A stretch of DNA of 64,000 nt from a virus. The notes below the pieces were generated by a model. It did no database searches, had not been told where the DNA came from, and worked only from the letters and a program-made list of their open reading frames with translations. Position numbers and translations under genes: made by a program. The stretch lies in the IMG/VR virus record IMGVR_UViG_3300042731_005302, one strand, 5' to 3'. Shown here one piece after another: positions 62,570 through 64,000 of the stretch (position 1 is the first letter of the stretch; each line of letters opens with the position of its first letter).

Positions 62570-62878
62570 ATGACAGACGATTTCTATAGTAAATATCCGG
62601 CAGTTTACCGGATAGCGGAAGCGGTAGTTCAGGCACGCCAACTTTACGAGGGGGGTATACGGATGGCCACTGACGGAGAGCGGTGGTTCCGGCCAAAACT
62701 TATAGTTTACGTAGGGTACAACGAGCTTTTCGCGCTGCGTTCCTTACCTTTCGGCCATCGATATTCTCTGCAAGGACCCGCGACACGGGATGCTCAGCAT
62801 ATGCAGTTTATGGGCCTACCTGTTATTCGGGTGTGTGCTGACGATTACCTGCATGTGGCGGCAGAGTGGGGGAAATAA
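62570..62878 (+). CDS. hypothetical protein
   Basis: GTAGGAAC SD upstream. 102 aa. Confidence 0.5.
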   Translation: MTDDFYSKYPAVYRIAEAVVQARQLYEGGIRMATDGERWFRPKLIVYVGYNELFALRSLPFGHRYSLQGPATRDAQHMQFMGLPVIRVCADDYLHVAAEWGK

Positions 62879-62880
62879 CC

Positions 62881-63063
62881 ATGAAACTTATCAGCTGCCG
62901 CAGCTGCGGCGTTGTTCTAGACGCATACATCCTCAGGTGGCCGTACATATGGAATGATGACGGCACAATTAACACAGACGTGGCATTGTGGGATGGAGAT
63001 AGATACGTTCCAATCACTCCTTGCCCTGTTTGCGGTAAAGATATCCCACAAGAAGTGGAGTAA
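62881..63063 (+). CDS. small zinc-ribbon protein
   Basis: CRSCG...CPVCG. 60 aa. Confidence 0.5.
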   Translation: MKLISCRSCGVVLDAYILRWPYIWNDDGTINTDVALWDGDRYVPITPCPVCGKDIPQEVE

Positions 63064-63121
63064 TTATGGCAAGCACGAGGCCTAACCTATTCCGCCAACT
63101 GATAGAAGCCGGAGAATAGCC

Positions 63122-63403
63122 ATGAAAAAATACACAAAAATAGAAGTACCAGCGCGTATAACCTCTAAGCATACAAGTACAGTCTGTGACCTGTGCGGGG
63201 ATGAGACTGCGGACAGCTGGAGAAAAGGGGCGTTTGATGCTGGAGAAACCACGGTAGAAGTTGTGGCTGGCACCCGTTATCCAGAGGGAGGATCAGGCAC
63301 CAAGATAGAGTATGACATCTGCCCTAAATGTTTTATGGACAAACTGATTCCCTGGCTAGAAAGCCAAGGCGCGAAAACAGACATCCAAGAGTGGGGCTGG
63401 TGA
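63122..63403 (+). CDS. small zinc-ribbon protein
   Basis: CDLCG...CPKC. 93 aa. Confidence 0.55.
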   Translation: MKKYTKIEVPARITSKHTSTVCDLCGDETADSWRKGAFDAGETTVEVVAGTRYPEGGSGTKIEYDICPKCFMDKLIPWLESQGAKTDIQEWGW

Positions 63404-63404
63404 C

Positions 63405-63713
63405 ATGAGCAAGAAAACCTTCGTCAGAGAGATCATCCCCTATGTAGAACTGCATAGGGACATGCGCACCGGCATCGCATGGATAGAAAACGGCAGGACA
63501 GGAAACGGACATTCCTGCCATGCCAACATCGATGCGACCGGCAGCATCAGGGGTATGAAGAAGAGAGGCTACTGGGGCAGAGACGACCGCTGCGTCAAGA
63601 GCCATGGCTACATCTACAACATAGACACGTTCGTCGTGACGGATGCCTGGGATGAAGTGGCGGCAGCTGAGTGCCGGTGTGCGGCCTGCATCGAGCGGCG
63701 TTCTGGTGTGTAG
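63405..63713 (+). CDS. hypothetical Cys/His-rich protein
   Basis: 102-aa ORF starting 2 nt after the upstream stop. Confidence 0.5.
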   Translation: MSKKTFVREIIPYVELHRDMRTGIAWIENGRTGNGHSCHANIDATGSIRGMKKRGYWGRDDRCVKSHGYIYNIDTFVVTDAWDEVAAAECRCAACIERRSGV

Positions 63714-63722
63714 GAGGTTCCA

Positions 63723-63872
63723 ATGGAAAACCACCTTGATGAAATCTTTTCTCTGCTGCTGTTCATAGCCGGCTTCTTGTTTCTACTGTCCATAGGCGCA
63801 GTCCTGGGAGAAGCTGTCAAAGAATTTTCACGACTAAGAGGATTGAGGAAAAGGAGAAACCGCAATGTTTAA
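63723..63872 (+). CDS. possible 49-aa single-TMD protein
   Basis: GTAGGAGG SD upstream. IFSLLLFIAGFLFLLSIGAVL followed by a basic tail. Confidence 0.35.
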   Translation: MENHLDEIFSLLLFIAGFLFLLSIGAVLGEAVKEFSRLRGLRKRRNRNV

Positions 63873-64000
63873 TCAAGAAAGTCTCACCGCACAAGCTGCC
63901 GCCAAGATGGTGACGGATGCACTAATAAACTTATTGTCACACAAGCCGTTCTATGGAACTCTGGCAATGCGTCTTACCGTGCAGCCCATGCCCAAGTTGC
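63865..64000 (+). CDS. 3'-truncated DUF2201/vWA-type (putative metallopeptidase N-domain) protein, usual partner of MoxR ATPases
   Basis: AAGGAG SD upstream. LLSHKPFYGTLAMRL matches the PF(Y/F)G..L..L start of DUF2201_N proteins. Confidence 0.5.
   Translation, partial: MFNQESLTAQAAAKMVTDALINLLSHKPFYGTLAMRLTVQPMPKL

Overview
This window is a near-complete segment of a tailed dsDNA phage with a non-contractile tail. It has a tape-measure gene and a G/GT-type chaperone frameshift, no sheath gene and no flanking host genes. There are three blocks. (i) 1-13.5 kb runs rightward and carries replication and nucleotide-metabolism genes: an NrdR-like zinc ribbon, an 1186-aa FEN+3'-5' exo+PolA polymerase, MazG-like NTP pyrophosphohydrolases, an acyl-carrier-protein-like gene, a DnaQ-type exonuclease, a resolvase-like nuclease, SbcCD and dCMP deaminase. 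(ii) 13.6-44.3 kb is a leftward structural operon. In transcription order it holds terminase, portal, a ~7-kb insert of fibre-like and signal-peptide proteins, S49 protease/scaffold, decoration protein, major capsid, chaperones, a 2197-aa tape measure and tail-tip/fibre genes. Neck, terminator and tube candidates come last, in a displaced position. (iii) 44.3-64 kb is a rightward early/middle block. It begins in AT-rich, ORF-poor control regions that contain 35-bp periodic repeats in a lambda-cos-like layout and a ~1-kb candidate ncRNA locus. Twelve copies of a GTGTAA-N4-TTACAC dyad punctuate this block. Its genes include a DNA methyltransferase with a DUF4942-like C-terminus, a MoxR AAA+ ATPase, a SPOUT RNA methyltransferase, a DUF3150-like protein and a partial DUF2201/vWA-like gene. 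I saw no tRNA, rRNA, CRISPR array, integrase or recognisable endolysin. All functional calls come from motif recognition by eye, not database searches. Many small ORFs are called only from frame, SD sequence and operon context.
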